Shown: positions 37,201 through 48,100 of the stretch, in pieces
How positions within the stretch are numbered: position 1 is the first letter of the stretch
Layout: each line of letters begins with the position of its first letter
DNA from: Antedon mediterranea
Taxonomy: Eukaryota; Animalia; Echinodermata
Assembly (NCBI RefSeq): GCF_964355755.1
Contig: NC_092675.1
Coordinates: 26,880,912 to 26,944,911 of the forward strand
Length of the DNA: 64,000 bases
Direction: 5' to 3'
Notes under the pieces: generated by a model
What the model saw: only the letters and a program-made list of their open reading frames with translations
What the model was told of the DNA's origin: nothing
Databases searched by the model: none
Made by a program: the position numbers and the translations under genes

Positions 37201-40200
37201 CGTTTTGTCTCTGGAGTTTTAACGAGGCAAGCTGAAAACTTGAGTAAGGCCTAGGACAATGATGTAGGTTGATACATTGTCGAGTCAAAACATAGTGTCC
37301 GTGAAAATCACATTAATCCTCCAATTATATTAGAATATTAAGCTACGTGTTTCATAATCTACACCTATGTATACGTAGCCAAGAAGGAGTAATGTGTTTA
37401 TTTAATGTGTCTAAGAATATGTTTGTAATTTTCATTTCGTTCAAAATTATGAATGAAGTTTCTAAAAAAAAAAAAAAGCAAAGAAAAAAAAACACGAAAT
37501 AAAAACAAATAAAACACAAACAAATGAATTCAATATACCATACTATAGATGCAATTTTCTTCATTTATGAACAGGTAGAAATGTTTCAACTATCTTGCTT
37601 CAATTCATTCATTTTTGTTATCAAAACATTCTTGGAACGTGTCAATGTTGTAATTTTTCCCCAAGGATGTGACTTTTAACATTGCCGTCAATGAGTGTAT
37701 GTACACGTCTAGCCAACTATACGTTAATATCATGAATGTAATCATAATAAATCAATGCTACTATAACACGACAGCTTCCTTGTAAATTAACAGCAAAATA
37801 ATGCAACTCAATACCGTATTATACTCAAGTACACTAAATACAAAAAATAATAGGGCAGCTATTGTATATTAAGAGATTTCTATAATAGCCTGGGTGCAGT
37901 ACAAATTTTGCGGGAAAAAAGTATAGGAAAATTGTTTTCTTTTATTTCTGATAGAGTGTACCATATAGAATGTCAGAAAAAAAATCCCCATCCCAGGGTC
38001 TTGGTGAAAATTTTTTACGGCACTTTCAAATTTTGGCCTATATAACACACACAAATGCCTATTAACACACAAATACCTATATATAGGGGATATGGAAAAC
38101 AAATTCACGTTTTTTTTACTTGGAGTTGTGTTATGATGATTAAAATTTGCTGAGGCTTACTTTAATAACTACTTCTCATAGTAGTTGATAAATCGAGTCG
38201 ATAACAATGACATCATCATGCTAGAATCCAATATGGCGTCCAATTTGGCGAAAAAAACAGGGTATTGCTAAACCCCCGCAAACCCTTGCAAACCTGAAAA
38301 AAAACATAGCAAACCCCACCGAACCAACATAAAAGTGATTGAATCATGTAGTGTACAATCCACTGGGTATATCCATGTAAAAAAAAAAAATTAATTTCTA
38401 CTGTTAACTACTTATTTTTGGGGTAAAACATCATTTTTTGGTCAAAAATGATTGCTAAACCCTGCAAACCTCCAAAAAAACATAGCAAACCCCACCGAAC
38501 CAACATAATAAAAGTGATTGAATTATGTAGTGTACGACCCACTGGGTATATCCATGTAAAAAAATATTGAATTTCTACTGTTAACTACTTATTTTTGGGG
38601 TAAAACATTATTTTTTGGTAAAAAATGATTGCTAATTTTTAACCAAATAATGATGTTTTACCCCAAAAATAAGTAGTTAACAGTAGAAATTTTTTATTTT
38701 TTTTACATGGACATACCTAGTGGGTCGTACACTTCATGATTCAATCACTTTTATGTTGGTTCGGTGGGGTTTTCTATGTTTTTTTTGGAGGTTTCCAGGG
38801 GTTTAGCAATACCCTGTTTTTCCCGCCAAATTGGGCGCCATATTGGATTCTGGCATGATGATGTCATCGTATCGACTTGATTCATCAACTACTATGAGAA
38901 GTAGTTATTAAAGTAAGCCTCTACTAATTTTAATCATTAAAACCCCAAGTAACAAAAACTGTTAATTGATTTTCCCTATCCCCTATATATAGGTATTTGT
39001 GTGTGTTAATAGGAATTTGTGTGTGTTATATAGGCCAAAATTTAAAAGTGCCATAAAAAATTTTCCCCAAGACCCTGGGATGGGGATTTTTTTTCTGACA
39101 TTCTATATGGTATACTCTATTAGAAAAAAAAAAAAAAAATTTCCTATACTTTTTTCCCGCAAATGTGTATAATAATTGTTCTGCACCCAGGCTATAAACG
39201 ATATACATAATTGATAGAAAATAAATAATAAAAATGTTAAGTTATATATTTATGTGCATCGACATGACTTATATGGTTTGTGTACACACCCTCTATTATT
39301 GCATATTATCATATTGCACATGTATGGATTATACATTAAAATTATTAAATATTGAAATGAATATACGAGAGATCATTAATTAATACAAATATCTGTATAT
39401 ATATAATAGAGTTTTTTTCTTCTGCATGTGAGTTTCTTCCTAATTCCCGTTATTCAATAATGAGTATACTGAACATACGCAGCTGTATAATTGTTGGCAT
39501 TTGATGAGTTTAATAAACACCTACATAAACTTGCTTTGGAAAACAATGAACATAACGAAATTGCTCCAAATGAATATTTAGTTCAACTGAGAAATACTTT
39601 ATCCGTATACCGTACTAGTACTACTGTAAATGTATAACTGAATTCAATTTAAAATAAAAAAAATAATGTTTTTGTTTGACAACAGGTGGATGCTCTAGAC
39701 TACCACATCATTATGACACCTGGGTGAAATGACATAACGAGTTGACGAACTGATGATCTGCAGGCGATTTTTTTTTCTGTTTTGCTTTAACCATCGCAAA
39801 AAGCATCGTTATATTTTTTTGCTTAATTTTGTTTACTCTATAAGCTCATAATTGAGACGAATTTATAAACATAACATAAATGTTAACTGTTGTATTTAAT
39901 GTTAAAATGTTGCTCTAATATTCAAAAAATGAAGAACACTGAAGTGTGGGCGGTTTCCTCAAGGGTTGGTTTGTTATGTAATTGAATTGAACATGTAGGT
40001 CAATTCCTTTTTTTATTATATATAATATGAAATGAATACTGTAAAAATAAGTGCAAGTATGACTCGACATACCTACATGTAAACAAAATTAGAAAAGTTG
40101 CCAATTTCCAATTCAGACTAAAAAAATGTTAAGCTCCGTAGAAATTTAAGTGAAATTTGAAAGGAAGCCCGCCTTATCAAGTTCTAATATTTGTTATTAA

Positions 40201-43200
40201 TACGATAAAAATACACTCAAATTATAACTTGTGAGTAACTAACGATGAATGGTCAATACTGATAATGATTAGTGTCGAAGAAACTTAACGATACCAGAGA
40301 GTATGTTCAGTTGAGTACACTCTCAAGATTATTGCTGTATTTACTAATTAAAGAATGGCTCAGCTGGTTTTACAATTTACTTTATATTACTTAGTATTAC
40401 AAAATAATAACTATTTCGACAACATTGCATTGAAAACTCAACCTATTTTTAGACAGCTGTGGTTTACATTTTACAATAAACAATATAGAAATCTTAAACA
40501 CGGAGCTACCTTTCCAATATTTCCGTTTTTATTTCTTAATTTGATATTTTCTTGGTAGGCATTTGTTTAGTATTAACTTAAAATGGTGTTTGTAAACCGA
40601 GTAACGGAGTAAAGTCAATAAAAGTCTAGATTTTAACGAATATTAAAAATAGTTTTTACTTTATGATTGATGTTTGATATTCTCAAGTGCTTAACGGTAA
40701 ATCAATTTTCATAAATTTTTAAATTTCTTATCCATTTCCGTCAATAATTACTAAACGTACTCATAGGAAATGGTTGGTACTGCATTACAAGTTATATGAA
40801 TAGAGAGCGAAATTAAATGAATGATATTAAAACGTCACAATATTTCGAATAAAAATGTTGTACAACCACTCAAACAAATTAATAATCATTAAATTATGTG
40901 TATGTGTGAAATATGTTATAAATACCGATTGTTTTAACATGTTAATGGGACATTAATACAACTTGATAGGATTACTGCAGTAGTTCCATTAGTTAGATGT
41001 ACCATAACATCAAGTGTTTTGGAATGGTTTTTCATCGCTGATAGGCCTATATTGTATAATACTTGGATAAAGCATGCTATATCTTGAAATGCGTTTCATA
41101 GCTTATTCTTTTTATTTTTCTTGGAATTTATATTAAAAACATGATGCATATCTAAAAAGTTTAGTATATAATAACATTAACAGCTTAGTTACCTCCCTGT
41201 GGACTTAGATTTGTAAAACTTGCTGAGAAAAAAGAAAATAATTTTTAACTTTTTTTTAAGTCAGTCGCCTTTGTTTAATTCAATTTAAAAGTTTTCAAAG
41301 TAACCTAAAGCAAAAACAAATTTAACATTTGTTGTTTTTTTCTTTTTAATCTTAGATGATGAAGTCAATTTCTTCTTTAAGAATATATAAAGGTTCAACA
41401 CTAATTACATCTCCACAGCAGGGAGCAGAGGGATGATTAGTGTTACACCTTTCAGTTAATACAATAAAATCAATGGTAATACGTATGTGTTGTAGGAAAA
41501 CTAAAAGCTGTTGGATGTTCACTGGTTTTATTGGTAGGCTATGTTCTATTACTCAAATAATCAAAAGATCGGTCACACAATAATTTGATAGCAATATATC
41601 AAAGCATAGCAATGTAAATCAATTTGATTGTCTCACCATGAAAAATAAAGTTTGCAAATTTGATTTTAAGATGATGTCCCGACCTCTGGTTGACCTAATG
41701 CACATTATTATATTATTATACTGTGACCTGAAAAGGAATAATGTTAACAGGACACCTACTAGGAACTTCACTGTGGTATGGTACCAATTAGTATGGTTTA
41801 TTATGAGGAATCGTAACTACAAAGAAAACGGCGAACAATTGTAATAATTGCCTAAGCTTTGTTTTGTTTGTTTTTTATTTTGCAATTTTGTTATACTATA
41901 TCTTTAATATATAAAAATATTAACCCTCACTTCATCACGAAATAAATTTTTTTAAATACGTTCGTTGTTCGTTTTTTTTTCTTTTTGATGATCCAAATCA
42001 TCCAAAAGAAAAAAATATTTGAATACGTATATATTGAGTTTACCGAGTAGGCCTATGTTCGTTTCGATGTTTGCAGCAAAACCCTAACAATGTTAGGGAT
42101 TTTAAGGTTCGACATGGGAGGGGAAGGTAGGCCTACATTGTCCTGTTAGGGTATTTGAAAGTGATTAAGCCTACAACACAACATAGTTTGGTTGGAGTTT
42201 GGAATATTTAATTATTCTCTATGCAATGGGATTATGGCCGACCCTCTCTCAGACATACCTGTACACACGTAATGACAATTTGCAACCAAGGGGTCACGTC
42301 CCCCTAAATATATAGTACATCATGGCCCATCATGACTGAAGAACCTTAAGATTGTTATCGTGTATCTATACAGCCGGATGTGTCACTAGGCCTACTTTCA
42401 CAAACGTCACTAATTTAATAATTTAAGTGTAGGCCTACTTAATTGCACACTGATAATTAGTTAAGTATACTTTAATGACACCCCACTAATTATCCTTGTC
42501 CCACCTTCCGTCCAAGTGTGTTTATTGGAACCAAACAATTTACACTGTTTACTGTAGACAAAATTATATCCAATTGTGTTTTGCTACTTGCTTATTTGTT
42601 TTGAGGTAATGTCGTACGTACCATCCTGACTGGCTTGCGTACGACCTTGTTAAATATCCAGTACCTGACTGCTAAGTGCCTGATCTCCTCGACACTAACA
42701 CAAAATATAACGTGTCGTTTTTAAAGACATTGTAGTAAATATTACATCTTGATCGGAAAGTGACATTTCCCTCTTTCCTGATTCGATAATCCTTACGTAG
42801 GAAATGATATTGTCCACTTTATTTAAAAAATACTCGAGCACAAAGGACGTAGAATACCTCTTTAAGATCGCCCATGCAAACGTATAGTAATATGACACAG
42901 TACAGTGGACATACATAATTTAACTAACTTAACTAGATTATCAAGATCAAATACAAATCTAATATTCCATAACAATGATGGGATTGTTATTTTAACAGCG
43001 TGCTCTGTGATTCACATCAATTATTGGAATAACTGTAACAAAATAAGATCAACGTCTTCTCTTGCGGATGACAGCCTGCAACAGGTTCAACATTGTTATA
43101 CCAGGGAAGAGTTAAATTACAATTTATTACAAATTATAATTAATTTAACACTTCCCTGGTTATACGCGTTCTTAATTAAATGTAGGTAAAACATTAAATT

Positions 43201-43866
43201 ATTATAAAATCACTGTTACATACTTATATCTTGTTCACATTCATAACGCGATATAAACATAGGAATTCTTTCTCTAATTTGTTAATACTTTAAATCAAAT
43301 ACTAGCTAGCACCATGTCTTTACCTATTCCCGGGAAAATAGGAAAATGTATGTTCAAAATTGAACAGAATAACAGTTCGTGATGTGTATAGACACACATT
43401 AAAAACAATTCTGTCATAAAATCTTACCACTTTCAAAATGTTTTTGAAAAACCTTTATTGTAAGGAATAAAACAGAATAAAACTTCTTTATAGTAATACA
43501 ACAGAGAGTGTTTGACAAAAACATGCAAGGTATAAGGTAAAACTTTAATAGGATGTTTTGAAGTCATTCACGAGTAATAAATGTGATAAAAAATAAATAA
43601 ATAAATAAAATAGGCCTACATACAATTTAAAAAAATGTTTTTCTCAGAGGGGCAATATATCTTTAAGGTGAGTAGGCCTAAACCAAGCGTCCTTCAATTA
43701 AAATGTTATAACTGATTTAAATAATTAAAAATGCTATGAGTACACCTTATTCTTAAAAAGATTTAGATTTAAGATTGTTTAATTCGACACTCACCGTGGT
43801 ACAAAAACAAATGACTAATAGGCCTAGATAAGTAAACTTCCAAGTAGTAAGTCCTTTTTGTGCCAT
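22272..43866 (-). CDS. ADAMTS metalloprotease, procollagen N-proteinase (ADAMTS2/3/14)-like, paralogue A; complete, about 1181 aa
   Basis: Exons in transcription order: 43866-43795 (signal [24 protein letters not shown]), 36205-36160, 35864-35482, 35171-35024, 33068-32878 (furin site RERR), 31081-30998, 30837-30690, 30434-30329, 30032-29889 (HELGHLMGMMHD across the junction; Met-turn GSIMAPLV), 29526-29376, 29178-29068, 28905-28772 (TSR1 [11 protein letters not shown]), 28652-28589, 28262-28145, 27684-27551, 27219-27099, 26770-26690, 26321-26158, 25892-25721, 25142-25007, 24778-24565, 24063-23928, microexon 23301-23295, 23172-22959, 22771-22633, 22399-22272 (PLAC ..FCCRSC..). Total 3546 nt in frame. 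[13 protein letters not shown] and DGTPCSYD point to the ADAMTS2/3/14 clade. Confidence 0.92.
25263..25416. mobile_element. Small MITE
   Basis: Imperfect TIRs TAGCGAGCTTTCGTTTCG / CGAAGCGAAAACTCGCTA. Confidence 0.6.
25592..25652 (+). mobile_element. Penelope-like terminal fragment with a decayed minimal hammerhead motif
   Basis: aTGAGGA-c-GATCAA..TTGATg-GAAA-CGTCGAG..TTTTCAGAAC. A second partial copy lies inverted at about 26478-26512. Confidence 0.4.
27316..27470. mobile_element. MITE family B (hairpin, Harbinger/Tourist-like), best copy
   Basis: Almost wholly palindromic: AGCTTTGTTCCCACTAG..ACCAATCACAAGC..GCTTGTGATTGGT..CTAGTGGGAACCACGCT, flanked by TAA and TTA. Confidence 0.85.
28307..28454. 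mobile_element. MITE family B, diverged copy
   Basis: agcttggtt..tgaccaatcacaagcga..tcgtgattggtca..agtgggaacaaaact. Further remnants near 22475-22570 and 53858-53940. Confidence 0.7.
31612..32705 (+). repeat. Dispersed direct duplication of about 110-150 bp inside an ADAMTS intron
   Basis: cacattttaaggta.aactagag..aacagtcactc..gcggat.caaa.taatttct occurs at about 31612-31722 and 32535-32638. Confidence 0.7.
37886..39194. mobile_element. 1.3-kb palindromic non-autonomous DNA transposon with TAGCC..GGCTA termini and 3-bp TSD TAA; Academ-like (tentative)
   Basis: Termini TAGCCTGGGTGCAG / CTGCACCCAGGCTA, TAA at 37883-37885 and 39195-39197. Arms mirror each other up to the centre near 38634. The left arm has an internal tandem duplication of about 185 bp (38265-38450 and 38451-38633). 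Confidence 0.9.
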
Positions 43867-45157
43867 TTCTGACTCCTACAAATTGTTAGACCCGTGCGCA
43901 CACAGAGTGCATGTGAGAGCGTAAATCAGGCGGTAATTAAGCTTCTGCCTGCTAAGCCACTACTGTCAAACTGCGCTGCCAGCTTCCTGAGGTCCCATGC
44001 GACAGTGCAAGAGATCCAACACGTTTCCGAAATGATTTGTTTGGTTTTTGCGGTTGTTTGGAGGCGCTATATTATATTCGTTACTGTATTTACTTGTTGA
44101 TTAGTAATGAGGTTGCTAGAACTATATCCAAGGGATGTAGTGTTTATCATGGATGGGAAGTGGTTGCCGCAGTCACACGTCCTTGTCTTACCACAGGGGC
44201 TTTGAAGATAGACGTCCGTCAAACTTAAAGACATGGTTTGTACTATACTAACTGTACGGTACTAAAATAACCAACCTTAAAGGAAAAAACTACTTTACAA
44301 TTAAATAAGCTGTTTAAAACAAAAATTATGTATACACATTAATTAATTTTAAATGTTAGTTTGTCATAATACAAATTATAGACAAACCTTGTAGGCCTAC
44401 TGAAAACCATTCGATTAAATTTAAAACATGTTTAAATTTAAAACAATATATTCGTAAGTTGATTAGTGTCTATATATTCTACAAATCTTTATCATCCTTA
44501 ACCTCTGTCTATACTAGTTTGACAAAAAAAAGTGTGATGAGCCCAAATATTGTATTGTTATGCTTAAATATGGTAGTGATATGACATCATCATGTCCATA
44601 TATGGGCACAGCACATTTGTTTTGTCACATAAAGTTTATGAGTTCATTGTACCAACATCATCGTTTGACATTATCATTATTAGCATTGCCATCAACATCT
44701 TCTTCATTAATTTTTCTCCAACAACTTGGGATTGAACTCACCAAAGTAAAAACGATGTTAATAACGAATAATAAATAAATAGTATACAAAACTGAAGTAG
44801 GCCTAATCACCTTTTCCATTATGATTTCGTTTATTTAAATAGCGCCCTCGCAAAAGTTTTTGAAGAAACTCTTGAATTTGTTAAAGGTCGTTAAGTTCTT
44901 CCGAGACGTTTCAACATCTTAGCAAAGCCTTCGTTTGGCAAGCTTATAGTGTGATAGGAAATGAAAGTACCATGGGCATTTAGCATGTATGGATTAAAAA
45001 CACTAACTTCAGACAAGCGCAAACATACTTTTTGTCTCATCGCTAAAGGAATGACTTTTTAGCCGTTTATCGAGGTTTGTATTTGCAGAGAATTCCTGTT
45101 GGCATGATATCAATCCTGTAAAGAAAAATTTAAGTGATTGCTATATTTGAAAAAAGA
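43867..45157. promoter_or_regulatory. Shared divergent upstream region of the two ADAMTS paralogues (both 5' UTRs and promoters)
   Basis: Signal-peptide start codons at 43866 (-) and 45158 (+) face away from each other, 1291 bp apart. Assumes no further upstream non-coding exons. Confidence 0.65.
44500..44640. mobile_element. MITE family A, copy 2, within the ADAMTS intergenic region
   Basis: ctctgtctatactagtttgacaaaa..atggtagtgatatgacatcatcatgtccatatatgggcac..gtcacataaagttt. Confidence 0.75.
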
Positions 45158-48100
45158 ATGATGGCGGTTTCAAAATGGATGCTATACACTTTAGTTGTTT
45201 GCGCTTTGTTTTTCTTCGGAACGGTAAGTTTTTATATTGTTTGTCACCTGAAAGGTAGGCCAGTATTTTAACTTCCTTTACAATAATTATTAAAAATAGT
45301 GGATACACTTAATTAAAGCAATGACACACAGATAACACTTAAGTTTTTCTTATTAAAACATATAACACAGGCATATATCTCTAACTACCCCGGAGTGGAG
45401 ATTGAATTTATTATTTTGAAAACGGCGAAGGTGAGGAGATCTGTGAGTATCAAAAAGTCGTTCAAGAGATTCAATCTCCCAAGTATTATACAGACCATTG
45501 TTACAATGTATTTTACTTGAGAATGCACCGCCAGTAATACTTGTGTACCGGTACATTTTCGAAATGTTAGCATGCAAAAAAATCGTAAGAGAAATCCTTC
45601 TATTCCACCTTGTTGCTAATGTGGTCAATTAGTAATAATTAGTGTGCAACAAACATTACATATTTATGATAATTAGCAATATACATACTCCATCATCACA
45701 TCCTTTTTATTACCATTTATTTAATAATGAATTATTTCCGATACATATCATCACGGAACTGATTGAGTTCCACGTGGAAAGACTGTTTCGATGTGATATT
45801 GCAACGTATTGCAATGCTATTGTATTGTACGAGATCGAGTGATACGATTACATTTGTTTTATCGAAAAGTGAATTCAATCTTGCTAGATGTTATTGTTTT
45901 CATTTTCCATGGCTTATTTTTTTTAATGCAAAAGCTTACCGGGAAGATCATGCCCCGGGAAAACGAATTACACTCTTTCCTGGGCCTTCAATTTGATTGA
46001 CATTGTTAAAGGCCTAGATTGAAGAATAACAAGAATATTCAAACGTTGTATGTATTGCTAAAAGTTTTTTTTTAACTTGAAAACATTAATCACAATCAGT
46101 TAATCCTACACTAACTTAAATAATTTATCGTTCTAAACAAAATATTTAAAGATTATTTACATTTTTTTCATATTTAAAGATTTTTTTTTTTCAAATTGTT
46201 ATTATAATTATTAATGTATATTTGCATATCTATTAATATTGATATCACAGCCTTCAATACTTCTAATGCTTTAAGTATCTCAATTATAGTTTTCAGACTA
46301 AAATAAGTATATCCTTCTACTGTTAATTATGATTAAAATATGACAACCCTAACATTTTATACTCAATGCATCATCCACACACATGGTAACCTTATATTGT
46401 CAAGATTTAGAAAAATTATTTTATTTTGATATACAGGCAAACTCCACTCCCAAAGACTTGCTATACTAACAACTTGTGTTTATGTAGATGGTCTTTAAGT
46501 ACGTTTCCTGTGAACAGATTGCCACCTTAGAATTAACTAATTGTTGTTAATATGTTTGATAATGAATTGCTTCCATTTTATCCAGTTCATCAGTTCAATC
46601 ACTTTGTTAAAAACCAAATATTAAAGATGTATTGTCCCCCTGAACAAATTATTCTGAACACAATTATTGTTGAATATGCAATTTTAATATAACATATTAG
46701 TTTAAAATAAATGTATATAGGCCTATCTGAAAAAAACTGTAATTTAAAGAAAAATATGGTCAAATTGGCTGCCAGCCAATGGATTTTTGGTTGAATTTGA
46801 CCATTTATTTTGTCATTTTACATGGTAAACGTTTTTTTTTTACGGAAGGGGATTAACTATATGAAAACTAAAAAATAACCTATTAAAAGTCTGATTTAAT
46901 TAATTATCATTTTTCAAATTTTGGGAGGACAATACATCTTTAAAGGATACAACGGAAGAGGAAAATTGTAAGACCCCATTGTAAGATACAGAATAATGAA
47001 TGTTTATGAGTGCGATGGTGCAAATAATTTCATGAAGTGAAAGGTTCCTATTTTTTTTTATCTATTGGTTTTATTTCATAACGCATCAAACAATGAGAAA
47101 CTCGCCAATTACAGATGGATACACTTTTGTTTATAATTAATTGTCGTCTGTCGTCTCATTTGAGGCTCAGCGAGTGGAGTTAAAAAAAGTCGTGTCGTTA
47201 AAATCCTGTCACTAGGTCAGGATTGGACCCTGGACATTGGGATTGGAAGGCAATCACAATAACAACCAAGCTATACAGCTCCACAGTCTACATGGTGAAA
47301 ATAATATTGTCATGGAATTAAATGCTCTATTTTCACGAGTCTATGGCCCACGATCATCCAATCAAATGACTATGAATCTAGGTGTTATAACCATGAAATG
47401 TTCAACTGCAGTACTGAAAAATCTTGATTCAGAAAGAGCAGGATATAAATTTACCTGGGTAAATTGGTTACATGTAACCACCAAAGTTAGCGATAATTGG
47501 TCAACACATTTATTCATTAAGGCATATGGAAATCATGAGGTTTCTTAAAGTTCTTGAATTTTATAGTATACTTTTTCCTGACCAGCATTATCTTTGGGGT
47601 GCCTCTGTCTTGGTTGTTGTCTCTGAGCACCCGGTCGTCTGTGGCAAGGCAAATGTGTATCCTGCTCCTTTGTTTGGTCACCTAGGTAGGGGTCCGGGAC
47701 CGCGACAGAACGAGAACGGATGGGGACCCTCTAAAGAAATTGCATTTTATTTGTCAGGCATTTGTATGATTTGTTTTTATTTTTTTTAATGCGCCTTGAG
47801 CACTCTTGAGTGGTATGTGTGCGCTATAAAAATCCTGTTATTATTATTATTATTATTATTATTATCAATGAAATCAGGGCAGTCTGATATATAATGAGTT
47901 AAACAAAATGTGGAAATACTGACAAGGTAGTTTGCTTTACATTGTTCTTTTCTCGTATGGTAATTATGTCTATAAGAGACTCTAACAAGACAATACGCAG
48001 GTTTTGAAATAACTGGTTAGTCGTCAGCAGATACGATACTTCAGGCTGTTTATTGTCGCAAAACATGATACAACACGAGAAAATACCTTTATAATATATG

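Noticed and set aside
43224-43260. Alternative first coding exon for ADAMTS A ([12 protein letters not shown], donor gtatgt)
   Set aside because: No signal peptide and wrong phase for exon 36205-36160; exon 43866-43795 fits both and mirrors paralogue B.
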